In this document: piece after piece, positions 33,766-47,329 of the stretch
Position numbering within the stretch: the stretch's first letter is position 1
Layout: each line of letters starts with the position of its first letter
Source: Camelus dromedarius
Lineage: Eukaryota
NCBI RefSeq assembly: GCF_036321535.1
Contig: NC_087437.1
Span: 15,750,001-15,814,000 of the forward strand
DNA length: 64,000 nt
Reading direction: 5' to 3'
Program-made: the position numbers and the translations under genes
Notes under the pieces: model-generated
What the model saw: only the letters and a program-made list of their open reading frames with translations
Told to the model about the DNA's origin: nothing
The model's database searches: none

Positions 33766-36700
33766 TTCTTATTTCTCCTGAATGTCTCTTTTCATTTAGC
33801 ACCGACCTCCAGGCCACCTCCTCCAGGAAGATTGATCTCTAAGTCTTTCCCCTGCCTACCAATACCTTGTGTGGACCATATATTGATGGTGTGTGGTTCC
33901 GTCCTGTCTGCTCCAATAGCCTCTGAAAAGTTGATACTCAGGCAGGTGTGCTGGGGTGAGGTTCAGCAGCCTGACATCACACAGTGTGACCAGGGACCCC
34001 AGCCTCGGGCAGCAGGGCCTCCCACATCACTGACCCTCTGAGGAGCAGGTCAAGATAAAGTCCCAGCAGCCCCAGCAGAGTAAGGAGAGGGCCTGTGGCC
34101 CCCTGCTCCCTTTCCCACCCCGTCTCCAGGACTTTTTCTCATTAGACCAGGATTATAGTTTGCAGGGACAGGGAAGCACCATGCTGGGGCTAGGGTGAGA
34201 GGAGAATTTAAGGGGGTACCAAACCCTCAGCAACCAGATAAATATTTTAATGCTATGTCTTCAAAAACCAAATCTTCAAATTTTGGCCTGTGAGCTGGCT
34301 GCCTGTTTTTCATAATGAAAAATAAAGTTTTAGAGCCTCAGCTCACACACACCTCGTCTCTGTGGCCCCAGGAACTGGGGGCACTGGGGAGTGCTCTCCT
34401 GGCCTTGCTGTGCTCAGGGGGAATACCCATCAGGCTACTCGAGAGTCTGCACAGCTCTCATCCCGTAAAGGGCCACACTGATGCTCTTCGCAGCTGTGTC
34501 CCCAGGCCCATGGCCAGCGCAGCTCGTGGCTCGGCTGGAGGAACACAGATGGCCGGAGGCGGGGGGTATGGTAGGATCACATGGTGCTGGGTGGCACCTG
34601 TTTCTCTATCACGCTGGATGGGCCCATGTGGGGGCCCTCTGTGGCCTTAAACTGAAGGCATGCCTCCCCAGCAGAGATGTGATGCTGGAGTCAGAGGACC
34701 GGCTGCTGTGGTCTTGGAAGGCCACCTCATTATTCCCTGTCTAACGAGGGTGATGGGGTCCAGCTTCCTCCCCTCTGGGGTCTCCAGTGAGGGGCTGTTG
34801 AGCTGTGTGTGAGATGCCCTGTCCCAGAACTGGCCTGTGTGCTGGAAATGCAAGCTGCCTCTGCTATTACAGTGGAAGCAGTTGGTTCTGGTGACAGGGT
34901 CAGCTCCTTGGCCCAGCAGGCCCAGCGGTCATCCCCACGATGAAGGATCCAGGCCGACAACCCAGTCCAGGGCTGGAGGACGTGGTGACAGACAAGGGTC
35001 TCTCCTCATCTAGCCAGGTTCACAGACATCTCTCGAGGCCCTAGACCTGAGCTCCTACTCACCCACTTCTCAAACAGGTGGCTCCCCAAGTGTCCCTTTC
35101 CAGCCCCCTTCCTGAGCTTGTGGGGCTGGGTCTCCGCCTTGCACCCACACTGTGCCTCCCGCAGGCTGCTCAGACACTTCTTGTGGGCAAGGTGGCTGCC
35201 CTACAGATTTCTGCAGCCCTGCTCCGCTCCTCCTTGCCCTGCTGGGGGCTTCCCTGTGACGGGCATCCAAGAGCACTGCTGTCTCCTTCCCTAGCCCATC
35301 CCTGCCTCCCCCACCTCCTGCTCTGAGCCTGGCCAGGGTGGTCCCAGCTCAGAGGACAGATGGACACCCCTGGTGCCCATTTCTGATTTGGCCAGAGTCA
35401 GCTAATTGCTGTAAGAACTGATTCCAAGTCTGTTACTCGACAAGATACTGGTTGAGTTCTGTCTCACGTCACAGTCTACTGAGACCAGTGGCGGGGACCC
35501 ACACTGATAGAGGAGGAGACCCACTGCCCTCATCTGTCTCAGCCTGGAGATGACACATCACTTCCTCTCCTCTCATGGTCCCAACTGGACACGAGCTGGG
35601 AAGTGGAGTGAGCTTCCGTCTGGGAAGAGGACACAGGTTTAGAGAGCAGGTGGCAGTGTCCCTGCTGTGACACCACGGCCTCTGCGCAGTCCAGGCATGG
35701 GACAGGTGGCTCAGAACATCCCTTCCTCCCTTCCTCTCTTCATCCTTCCTCACCCCTTCCTTTCCTTCCCTTCCCTCCCTCCTTCCTGCATTTACACCAG
35801 AAACTGGCCTTTATGCAGTGGAGGAAGAGATGCTTAGGGGCAACTTCTCAGATCCTGGAGGCTGGACTCTGATCGAAGGCAAAAAATTACCTAGATTAAT
35901 CCACATGGAGACAAGAGACCAGGGCCTGAGTACTTCTTCAACAGCAGGTTCTTGGTAGTTGCTTTGTATTTGTTTACGTTTGTCTGGCCGCCTGCAGCGC
36001 ACCCCCCAGGCCGGCTGCCTCCTCTCCTCCGGAGGCTCCCCACGCTCCCACCTCCGAACAACGTTCACACCGGCTGTTCCCGCTGCTGGAAAAAGGAGCA
36101 AAAATCAGATAAGCTGTAAAAGGGGACTGATTTTGCATGTGAAGAAAAGGGGTTAGAATTGAGAATGTATGGAAATTAAAAGTGAGAATAAAATGGTACA
36201 ACCAGGGAACTGGTTGATGGCTTGAAAGAGTTAGTGAAAAATGAAAGAGGTTCAAGTAAAGATTAAAGATAGGGATAAAAATGATGGTGAAAGAAAGGGG
36301 GCAAAACCCTAATGGGCAAGACAAGATGTGAAATCCCCAAAGCTAAAATACTGGAAGGCTAGATGGTGTACCACTGAATTCAGGAGACTGAATTCAGAAG
36401 AAAACATGTTCTCAAACCGTAGGCACTGAGGGCACAGCCTGGCTCTGTGCCTGTTTCAGGTGGATGCCTGTGCCCCCTTCTCTCTCTGAGGATTCTCAGG
36501 AGTGAGAAGTTCTAATGTAAACAGAAACAATGCTTCTTTTTAGGAGAAAGAGGTTGAGGTGGGGAGCGTGGAGCTGGGGGCCTGGGGCAGCTCGCGTTGT
36601 CCGTCCTGCCCCTGGGGTCCTAGTGAGTGTCCCTTTTTGCCCTGTGTTTGGGACAGCTGGAGGCAAGGAGGTTGGGCGGTCAGAATTGGAGGCCACATCT

Positions 36701-36790
36701 TAAGAGCAGAATGGCTCCTTCCGGACAGCATCTCCAGGAAAACATTGGTTAAAGGGAAGGGGAAAGACAGTGTTCAAATGGGGCAAGTGG

Positions 36791-37249
36791 ATACAAAAGA
36801 ATGAAATAGTGGCATTTACAGCAACATGGATGGACCTAAAGATGATCATACGAAGTGAAGTCAGTCAGACAGAGAAGCATTTATATGTGGAATCTTAAAA
36901 AAATGATACAAATGGCTTTATCTACAAACCAGAAATGGACTCACAGGTACAGAAAACAAACTATGGTTACCAAGGGGTAAAGGGGTGGGGTTGGGGGGAC
37001 AGATTGGGAGTTTGGGATTAACAGATACATACTACTATATGTAAAATAGATAAACAGCAGGGTCCTACTGTATAGCACAGGGAACTATATTTAATATCTT
37101 ATAATAACATAGTGGAAAAGAATCTGAAAAAGAATACATACATATATATACACACATAGAACTGAATCACTTTGCTGTACACCTGAAACTAACACAGCAT
37201 TGTGAATAAATTACACTTCAATAAAAATTAAAAAAATTTGAAAATCAAA
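36791..37249 (+). mobile_element. Artiodactyl-type 5'-truncated L1 with a degenerate 15-bp TSD
   Basis: ORF2 end and 3' UTR (gcaacatggatggaccta...tatagcacagggaactatat...cacctgaaactaacac...caataaaaa). Flanks AAATGGGGCAAGTGG (36776-36790) and AAATGGGGCAGTTGG (37250-37264). Confidence 0.9.
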
Positions 37250-39720
37250 AAATGGGGCAGTTGGGGGAAAAGGGTGTCTCCAGGGCCCTGTGCTGTCTGG
37301 GAACTGGTGTAGGAGCCGGCTGGGGAGTGGGTCCTGGTGGAAAGGACTGCTTCAACTGGTAGAGACACCCTTTCCTTCCGACTGCCCTCCTGCCTGGAAC
37401 GCAGCCTCGGGGCCCGACAGCGACAGCTGCTGGTCCCCACCCGCCGCTGGTCCCCACCGGCCACGTGTCCACACAGGAGACTTCAGGGTGGTCCCCAGCC
37501 ATAGGCAGACTTCACAGACACCCTCCAGCCTAGGCTTCCTGGGTCCCTGGCATCTTCACCCCCAGTGCTGGCCACCTTTCCCTCTGACCTGGCAGCGGGT
37601 GAGCTGAGATGTCACAGGCTGATGGTGTGTGCAGAATGGTGGTGGGGGCACTAACCAACATGCATGTTTTCCTTTCTCATTCTTGAGAAAGAATTTGCTC
37701 CCTAAAGTCAGGACCTGGCCCTGACACGTCAGGAATGCCCGTGACTCTTACTCAGAGCTGTCGGATATCACTCCATACCGTTTCTGAACCCTCTCCCCGC
37801 CTCTCTCTAATGAACCCTCCAAAGCAGGTGCCTTTTTAATTTTGCCTTATTTTGCAAAGATGACAGATCTAAGTTACATTAGGGACCCTTCTGTTTTTAA
37901 ATAGCAGACTTTTGCTGTTAAAAGATTTTTTTTTTCTAATCACCTTGGAAGAGATATGTGTCCTTCTCAGAAGTGCTGGCAGAATTCATGGGAATTGGAG
38001 TGCACATTGGAGCTTTGGCTTGGCATAAACTCACCTGGACTGTTCACCCTGGAGTTAGACTAAACAAGACCTGCACCCTGGCCTCAGATCTGGCCAGGAG
38101 GGAAGCAGAAGCACCCAGATGGGGTGTCCTGGGCCACCCCTTGTCCCCAGCAGGACCACCTGGCTTACTGGTTCTTTGTGCCCCCAAGCGTACAGCACTG
38201 GGTTGAAAGGCTCCACTAACTTGCCCCGGGGCCTGTGGCCTCTCAGATCATTGCTTTTGCTTAAAACCCATTAAATCTCTTGGAGAAGGTATACACTGAT
38301 GTAAAGGTCTCACCTGTCTCCTTAATGAAGGAAGTAAATTCAGAGAGAAGTTTCCAGAAGAAAACAGGCCAGGCTCTCCGGGAAGGGAGGGGTTTTTGTG
38401 CGCAGTGGGTTTGATGAATGGGGTAGGGGTGCGGGGGCGGAGCCTGCGCTGGGAGAAGGGAAAGGCTGCAGGAGGTGTCTTTGGACTTGGGGATTGGAAG
38501 GAGTAGGGTGTTCCGGGGAAGACCAGAACACTCCTATAGACGTCTCTGGGTGGGGCTTTGACTCTGGGAGGGAAGGAAGCCCCTGTGCGGAGCCTGTGTC
38601 TCCATTCAGAGCAGCCAGGTGGGTTTTTCTCAGATTGGCTCACCCAGGCTAAAAGGGATGGCGGGAGGGAGATCTTTCTGGACTAGAGGAGTGTCAGGCC
38701 CTGGATTGTGGAGTGTGGAAAGGAAGGAAATGGGGGGGGTGGAAGGAAGGAAGGAGGGGGGAGGAGGAGGAGATGGGTGGGGCTGAGGATGAGTTTCTTC
38801 TGCTTCACTTGGCCCCTTTTGGGCACGAGACCCAACGTGGCCAAGGTCGCACCAGAGCCTCTTCTGGGCCCCAGGCAGGGTTCTTTCCACTCTTCCCGTG
38901 AGGCACTCAGTGATAAGGAAGTCAGTGACTACTCAGGAAGGTGATAAGTTTCCCATTGACCAGCATACACCGGAAGGTCTATGCTGATGTCCTTTCAGGA
39001 AACTGTAAATGCAAAGGCATCTTATTGCCTGAAGTCTGAAGTTGGTGATAGCATCTGTTTTCATGGCAACCAGCTGTGATGTCACAGACAGATGCCTGCC
39101 ACAGCAGAGAGACAAGCAAGCGGGGACGTGGGGAGCTGCGGTGGGGCCGATGTAAGACATGATCCATTAGCACAGGTGCTGAAGGCTCTCTGCCCCCCTC
39201 CCCCAGCACTGGCCCTGCTTTCTGAAGGGGAGACACTGACATTTGGAGCCAATACGTGGGCTTGATGAACTATTGAATGCTTCAGCCTGCAAATTCTCAC
39301 AATAATCAAAAAAAAAACATGACTTCCCTAAAAGTTTTCTTTGACTGTTTGCAAGAAGGACAATACTTTTTTGTTTTTCTTTTCTTCCTTTTTTTAAATT
39401 TTTTTATTTTTTGTAATCCTGGGATCTTGCAGTTGACTAAGTGGGTATTTGGTTCCTTGTGTGCCCAGCATGGGGAGGATATTAATTCCTATCTACGTGG
39501 CATACCAGGGTGAGGATGACAGTGAGACAGGGCTAGTCAGGGATCATGTACTAGGAGGTAAGTGAGCTTCTGGAAGGAGACTGGGAGGTAGAGCCCAGAT
39601 GCTGAATTTGCTGGGGCTGAACAACACCAGGTCTGGTTCCTGAGGTGTGACACATGGTAACACCGTGTCGTCTTGCCAGTTGGCATCGCTCTCTTCTCAG
39701 TGCTCCATGTTGTTAGAAGC

Positions 39721-40238
39721 TGTGGCCGATGATGGTGCTCAAAGATGGTTATGGCATTGTCTCCCAACCCACATGCTCTTTAGTGATGGGACTGGGCCAG
39801 TGTGGAACCGAGTTCCCTCCCCTGGTATCTGGACTGGTCTTGGTGAGTTGCTCCACTGATAAAATGTGGCAGAAGTGATGGATCTTCCAAAGCTAGGTCA
39901 TCAGCATCTGGCAGCTTCCACCTGGATGTCTGGGAACTCTTGCTGTTAGGATGCTCATGCTAGGAACCCAGGTGCCATGTTGTAAGATGCCCAAGCCACA
40001 TGGAGATGCCACGTGGAGGGGCTCCAGGAACAGCCCCTGTGTGCTCCCAGGCATTGGGGCATCAAGCTTGGGAGAGGTTCAGGTGACTGCAGCCCCTGCC
40101 AACATCTGCAACCTTCTGAGTGACCCTCAGTGAGAACTACCCAGCCAACCTGCAGAACTGTGAGATGAAATGAAACATTATCATCTCAAGCTGCTGCGTT
40201 TCTAAGGCGACTGTTCCACACAACAGGTAACGGGAACA
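39721..40238 (+). mobile_element. MLT1-family solo LTR
   Basis: aaaatgtggcagaagtgatg...gctaggtcat...ggaacccaggtgccatgttg...gagaactacccagcc...cagaactgtgagat...ggtaacgggaaca. Confidence 0.8.
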
Positions 40239-40559
40239 CAAGCATCCCTTAGAAGTTGTCATGTGAGATGAAACCCAGACAGGCCCGGGGTCAGTGACCA
40301 CAGTCACGGCATGTGACTGGTCCTGCGTTGGGCCTGGAGCCCAAGGCCTTTGACCTTCAAAACCAGAAGACAGTCCGTGGCCTGCCTGTTGATGAATCCT
40401 GTGGTAGGGAGGGTGCATTGAAGGTTTAGGGATCTGCTGTTATTTCCAGAAGCCTGGCCATTGGTCTGCAGTTTGGCAACGTAGATGCCAATCAGGCCGG
40501 ATCTGCTCCAGCTCTGATGGGATGGCTTTGAACCTCCATGAGCAAGACCGTTCATTTTC

Positions 40560-41150
40560 TCTGGTTGGTTTTGGCTGAGCCTCCCAGCAATTGAGATTGG
40601 ATGAATGTCCCTCGTAGAGTTTCATCCAAGTGATTGGTAAAAATGCCAGGGAGCACTGAGCCTGTGACTCTCACAGGAGATGTTGCTTCCATGAGGCCCT
40701 CTTTGGGAGTGTTACTCTGCCAGCTGTGAATCTACCAATTTGTACTTGTCTCGGCCTATGCGTCTCCATCTGATCCACCATTTCATGAAGGGCTTTACTG
40801 AAATCTAGATACAGCATGATTTAGTGGCCCGGGAAAACTTTCAAGCAGGAAAGGAGGTGGGTTTGGTGGTTCTTACTCAACTCATCATCCCAGGAGACCA
40901 CCGTATTTCTTCTGTGTATAAATACTCTCCGGTTCCTACCTTCTGTGGTTTGGCTCATGGGATACAGTGTTCACCATTTCTTTCTCTTTCTTAAAGAAGC
41001 CTTACATTTGTCCTCTCCATTTTCTACCACTTTTTTCATCTTTTCCTTCCATGAAGTTGCGTCTCTTTGACTGTATCTGCATTGCCTTTCTGTATTAGAT
41101 TTCCCCCAGATGGTATTACACCGTGGAAGGTAATGGAAAACATTTCTCAG
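40560..41150 (-). mobile_element. CR1/L3 LINE relic (RT region)
   Basis: Minus strand of 40791-40811 encodes YLDFSKA, the CR1-type RT motif (YLDFSKAFD). Surrounding sequence resembles antisense L3. Confidence 0.65.
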
Positions 41151-41994
41151 ATGTGGACTTGAGACTGGCATAAGTTCAGGAAGTTCTTCGTGTTGTCATC
41201 CTGATGTCCAGCCTGAGTCGGCTGGGATGCAGTGCTGTCGCTTTTCCCATTTCTTTCCCCCCGTCGCGTTGGGGGAGCATTCGGGCTTCTCACGGCACTG
41301 CTCTCTGTGTAATTGATGATGCTGGCTGTGACCTTCATCTGCCTTCTCTGCTTCTAGATAAATAACCCCCACTTTCTTGTGTGTTTCTTTGCTAGCCCTG
41401 TTTTTCAGGGCCCTCATCATTTTTATTTCACTCTCCACTCTAAATGATTTTAAAGCCCCTTGGAAATATAAAGGTTGTCTAAATAATAAATCATCATTTT
41501 GGCAAATGATCCTGAGACATTTAGAGAGATAAAATTAATCACCCCCTTATAGCTAGAGAGTGGCTCTCCACAGGGAGTACAAAGTAGTTTGTAGAGCTCA
41601 TAGTTAATTCTCTACCCCTTCCTGGAGAGAGGGGGTAGGGGTCATTTATTTTATAGGGGGGAAGGGTGTGGTGGTGCAGATGACATCTTTTTTGGCACCT
41701 CTAGCCGGTGCAGTCCGTGGTGTGGAAGAGACCTCCGCTCTCATCCGACACTGCAGCAGGCTGGGCAGGGTAGGCTGAGCAGGGTAGGCTGGGCAGGGCA
41801 GCAGGCTGTGCTGCCTCTTCTTCACCCAGGAGGAGAGCATCATGCGGTGGGCCTCCTGGGCCCCTTCCCCCGTGCATCCTGCCTGTACAGGGCCCAGGAT
41901 AGTGAACGTAAAGCATTTTTTCCTTAGAGTGAATTCTCCGTCCAGGATGCTGCAGTCTCCCATTGCATCGAGCACAGACGCCACAGATTCAGCC

Positions 41995-42170
41995 AGTAAT
42001 CCAGGAGCCCGAGCTTTCACATACATGAGCTCACAGATCATCAGGTCCACTCTGATGATGAGGAAGCTGAGGCTTATGGAACCTCAGTGGCTCATTCAGA
42101 TCCGCAGAGCTAGCGTGTGGCAGTGCTGGGATCTGATGCCAGGTTTATCTAACACCCTAGTCTAGTACTT
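41995..42170 (-). mobile_element. MIR SINE
   Basis: gatgaggaagctgaggctt...cagagctagcgtgtggcagtgctgggatctga..ccaggtttatctaac. Confidence 0.7.
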
Positions 42171-44505
42171 TCTCTTCTCTCTAACCTGAGCTTATGGCGA
42201 CATCCATGGTTATTTTGGTTTTGAGTGACAGTGAAATCAATACATATGGACACATATACACACACCTTATTGGCCCATGCAGTTCAAAGCACAGTGTGAT
42301 GCTGGATTCAGGCATGGTTGGATCCAGGACGCTATCAGGACTCAGTTTCTGTCTCCTGGCCCCACTTCCTCTGGGTCGGCCTCACGCTCTCCATCAGGGT
42401 CAGCAGGTCCATTGTCCTGATACAGTGCAGACAGGGAGGTTCACCTCTTGGGAGCTCCTGCCCAAATCAATCCTGGGAGTCATTTGGTTGATGCCAGCCT
42501 AGGTCATGTGCTCATCCCTGAACCAGTCACTATGAACTTCATGGGCTTTGAGTTCACTGATTGACCTGTTCACTGATCACTCCTTCCCTTAGGCAACTGA
42601 GGGGGTTGGGGGTTGGGGCACTCTAAGGGGTAGGTGAATTGCAAAGACCATGCAAAGTAGGACAGGTGGGCACTGACTGACAGAACAGCCGTTTGCAGCA
42701 GCCCTCCCTGGGCACCCACCCTGAGTCCTCGCCACTGGCCAGGCTCCTCCTCAGATGGGCATTACCTGTCCTGCCAGCATCTCTTTGCTCTTGCTTGTTT
42801 CCTGCTCCTGTTTTTCCCCATCCCATCTGAATCCCCTGTACCCTTTGGCTCGTTTCATGCCTCCTTTCCTGGCTCCCGGAAGCTGCCTCCCTTGAGGACC
42901 TGTGATCCAGATTCCAGCTTCCTCTTCCGTGGTACCCCACTGAGGAAAGAGGTCTTCTTGCCACCCTGGATGGTTTTCAAGGAAAGAGATTGTGTCCAAG
43001 TTGGAATAAACGTGCAGAATTCACATCTCTGTGGTATTTGGTGCTTTTGGTGAATGGTTGGTGAAAATTACTGCAGCCAGGGATGAACTGTGTATAAGAG
43101 GGAACAAAAAAATCCTGAGACCTTAACAGTCCGATAATGACCATGACTCTGAGTATAATGCTGTAATGAGAAGTCTGGTAGGCTCCTCCCAGCCCCCCAA
43201 GTGGTATTAAAAGAAATGGGGCATTTTGGCCTGGGAAGATGATGTCCTCTAGCACTGTTCCCGGTCTGTTAGAACCTCCTTGGAGCCTAGCCTTCAATTG
43301 GGTCACTATACTTGAAAACATGTGTTAATTCCTAGCATCTGACTCTAATCATTTTGTAGATCAGGAATCTGATACCCTGAGAGGTGAATTAATTCCCTGG
43401 GGTCATGCAGTGGGCTGGTGGCAGAGAGAAGTGAAAATTCTATTTTCAGTCTCTGTGGTTGGTGGGGGATGGAGGGTCGGTCAGCAGAGCGTTTCAGCTG
43501 GAGGATGACTCTGAGGGAGGCTTGGGGACTACAGGCTGTCCCCAGGGAAAAAGAGGCTGAGGGCTGCAGACAGGGTCTGATGGTGCTTCCTGGAGACTAG
43601 CCAGCACAGTTGTGGGCATGCGTGGACACTGGACTAGTGTGTGGACACTGAATTGGCTTGATGATGCTTTTCAGGGATGGGAAGTTTCTAGTTTGGAAAG
43701 TACTGCCCCAGTATTTTCTAAATCACAGAAGACTGGGTCTGTCAGGGTGACAATCCTGGGATGGACCACGCAGGATGGCAGCTGGGTCCTGTCTCTGGAA
43801 GCGTTAAAGGAGGAAGTCTGAGTGGCTCAGACAGGAGCCGCCTGAGGCTGGCAGGGTGGGACACTCCATCACCCAGCTGATACTTGGTTTTGGGATCACG
43901 TACCATCTCCCTGGGTCCCTTCCTTCCCGCAGTCAATGAAGTATTGCTGTAGCGATGTGCAGCTTCTTGGATGCGATTTGAACAAATGGAAAACTCTCTC
44001 ATGGAGGGTGCTATTTTTAAAGAGATACTAGTTACGGAATAAAATTCTGTGAAGCAATTATTTAGCTGTCTTTGTTCGGCAACATTCTTCTAATTAACTA
44101 CCACTCACAACTGTTGAGGTGCTGGGCGAGTACGCCTGTTACATGTGTATTTGGAAGGGGGAAAATTAATTTGTATTCTTGACCCAAATCCTGAGTGAGC
44201 CTCCCCTCCAAAGACCTGGCCCCTCGTCTCAGGGGTGAGGAGCACGAGGCTCTCCTTGTCCAGGAAACATTGGGACTTGGGGAAGTCACCTCCCCTAGGT
44301 CCCTGTCAACAAGCTGCCTCCCTGGTGGGCTTTTATTACCCTGCAGTTCTGAGAAGCTCCCTCCAGTAAGGCTGTCCTCCCTGGCACACCTTCCCTTCCA
44401 TCCTTCTCAGAACTCCTTTCCATTTATCTTTAAAAAAAAACTTTCTAATTTTGAAATGATTTCAGACCTACAGAACAGTTCTTAGTACAAAGAACCCCAT
44501 ACCCT

Positions 44506-44865
44506 TGTTATGAGTTGACTTATGTCCTGTCCCCCCCCCCCCCCCCCGCAAGGTATGTTGATGTCCTAACTCCCAGGATATCAGAGTGTGACCTTATTTG
44601 GAAACAGGTAGTTGCAGATGTAACGAGTTAAATTAAGATGAGATCATACTGAAGTCGGGTGGGCCCCAAATCCAGTGTGGCTGGTGTCCTTATCAAGCGG
44701 GGAAATTTGGACAATAGCTACGCACAGGGGGAGTGCCATGTGAACCTGAAGGCAGGGATCGGGATGATGCTATCAGTGAGCCAAGGAATGCCGAAGGTGG
44801 CCAGCAAGCCACCAGAAGCTCGGGGGAGGCCTGGAATAGATCCCGCCTCACTCCGCACAGAAGGC
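44506..44865 (+). mobile_element. MLT1A/B-like LTR, 3'-truncated, with an expanded C17 tract
   Basis: tgttatgagttga...gtgtgaccttatttggaaa...gttgcagatgtaa...gtgtccttat...gccaaggaatgcc...ccagcaagccaccagaagct. Confidence 0.85.
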
Positions 44866-45903
44866 AGCCAGGACCTGGAGGCCCTGGGGCGGGGGTAGAG
44901 TGTTACGTCTTCGTCACTCCCGTCAGCTCTTCTCCTTCCCTGAAAAGGACCGTGAGTCCCTGCTCCCATGCAAGCTGCATGACATCCCCAGCCGGAGTCT
45001 TGCTCCTAAACCAACCTACCGAAGAATCCCCGAGTGGCCTTCGGGAAGGAGATGTGTCATGAGAGGGCTCGTCCGTAGTGTAACTGAGATCCAGAGTCCA
45101 GGCCAACAGCTTCGAAGAGCTCTGAACATTTGCAGGCGTGGACTCCGATCTTCCCTGGAGTCTGGGAGAGCGATGACTGGGAGAGCAGGTGTGGGCCGGC
45201 AGAGTTTCGGTTTCTAATAAGGGAACCTGTGCCCTGTGGAGCTGGACCCTGACCCCACGTTCTAGACTGGCTGCCTGACCCCAGAGTGGAGCAGACTTAG
45301 GACCCAGCAGATGCTCTGAGAACATGCCTCCCGACCTTGCCCCACTCTCCTTTTTTCAACTTTCCTTCCCCAGATTTGTAGACTTGCTCAGGTCCCTTCA
45401 AAACAAGCCACAGAAAGTTGCTTCTGACTGGTCCAGCCCCGCTGATGCTTCTTTCCCTTCCGGCATCTCCAGACCAGCTCCCACCAGCCGCCCTCCCCTC
45501 CGCAGAGACATTTCCCCACTGTTGAATGGACTCTTCATCCCTAAATGTTGCCTTTACGCAAATGGAAAAACACCTCTTACCCTCTCTGCCTCCTGGCCAC
45601 CGAGGCTTGGCCCAGTGCTCTTTTCCATCTGTAACATTTACTGGCTTCCTCTCCCTGCCAGCTCCACCTGATGACAGAAGAATTGCTCTGAGCTCTCCTA
45701 ATTTTCCCAAGAGAAGGTTCTGTAGACTTCCTTTGTCCAGCTGCATGGTGGGAGAACTTACCTCTTTGACTGAATATTTGTACGATATGGTTGGGAGAAT
45801 TTGGGGCTGTTACTCTGAAAAGGAAAACATCATGGGATGCTTTCTGCAGTTGTCTGATGTACCAACAGATGGTGAGGGCAGTGCTGGGCAGTGCTGGCTG
45901 GGC

Positions 45904-46121
45904 GAGGTCACTGGTAAAATACAGGATGCCCAGTTGAATTTGGATTCCAGAGAAACAGTATACTGTGTTTAGTTTATGCACGTTCCAAATATTGTGGGGA
46001 TGCACTGAAATATTGCATGTGACATTTGGGACATACGTATACTAAAAATGATCTATTATTTATCCGGAATTCAAATTTAACTAAGCATCTTATTGTTTGT
46101 TGGCTTGCTGAATCTGGCGCC
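45904..46121. mobile_element. MER53 palindromic hAT MITE
   Basis: aaaatacaggatgcccagttgaatttg...ttgggacatacgtatactaaaaa...ggaattcaaatttaact...atctggc matches the recalled MER53 inverted-repeat structure. Confidence 0.85.
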
Positions 46122-47329
46122 TGATATGGACAGGCGGGCCCCAGTGAGGCGGGCTGTGGGGGGGCCTTCATCCAAGGCAAACAAGGGCGCTTGTGAGCAT
46201 AAGCCAAGGCCAGGCTGGGAACAAAGCAAGACAGAATGAAGCTGAAAAGAAATCTGGGACAAGTCGTGAGACAGCTGAACTTCAAACCCTCAAATGAAGT
46301 GTCTGAGTCACTGGAGCGCCCCGAGAATTTGTTTGCCCTGTTCATCTGAGGCCCTCTTCTGTCCCCAGCTCCAGCCGCCTGAGTCTCACTGCCACGGCTC
46401 CCCCCTCACCCTCTGATGTGCTAGTGCAGATCTAATATGTTCCCCTAAATCAGTTCACTTAAAACCTTGAATAAATGTATTTCAAAAAGGAAACTTGACT
46501 CCGCCCCTCTCAGAGGAAAAGCAGTCTCACTTCTATCAAGTTGCAGGTGACTGTCATCCTAAGGACAGTGGGACTGAGGCTACTGAGCTCTGACTTTTGA
46601 CTCTGAGTCCGAAACCTGCTCTTGACTCCTTAATAAGTGAACTTAGTAAGCGTGCAGAGGTGCTAATGACTAGCCCCTGATTGGAACTTTCTTCTTGGCA
46701 TAATCAGAAGGAACCAACAAGGACTGCAGACGACACAACTTTCTAACCCCTCAGGCCAGCATATTTAATATTAAGGTGACTTATTTCTAGAAAGTGCTGG
46801 CGTTGGGTGTTTCTTAGCAATGGGCGATCATGCTAGTTTGCTTTGTTCTGTTTTTTTTTTAAGGTCCTTTATAAGTGTAATTTCTCCATGGACGGAGGTT
46901 TGAATTTTCGCAGGTGGGAGTCTGAGTTTCTGCAGTACGTGCTCAGGGTGACCTGATCTCACATCCACTGGGCTCAACCTTAAGGATAATGTCACAGGGC
47001 CACAAGCCAACATCCAGTAGAAACCATCATGGGGTCTTTTGGGGCTCTCATTCCCCCAGGAATGAGGCTATAGGCAAAAACCCAGCTAGACTCTCCAGCG
47101 TTGATCTGCTGAGGCCCCACACTGTCCCTGTGACCCCCAGGCCCTCTGGCTTGATGGGAAGGACAGGGCAGGATGGAGTGTGCTGAATGGCCCCATATTC
47201 TTGTCACTGGGGCTGTGAGTGGGCAAGCCATGTCTCCGAAAGGCCAGGCAGAACTTGGAACACAATTTTCCATGGAAACAATGTACTAAAGGGTGGTTAG
47301 CTTTTATGGCATGATTGGTTCAGGGTAGT

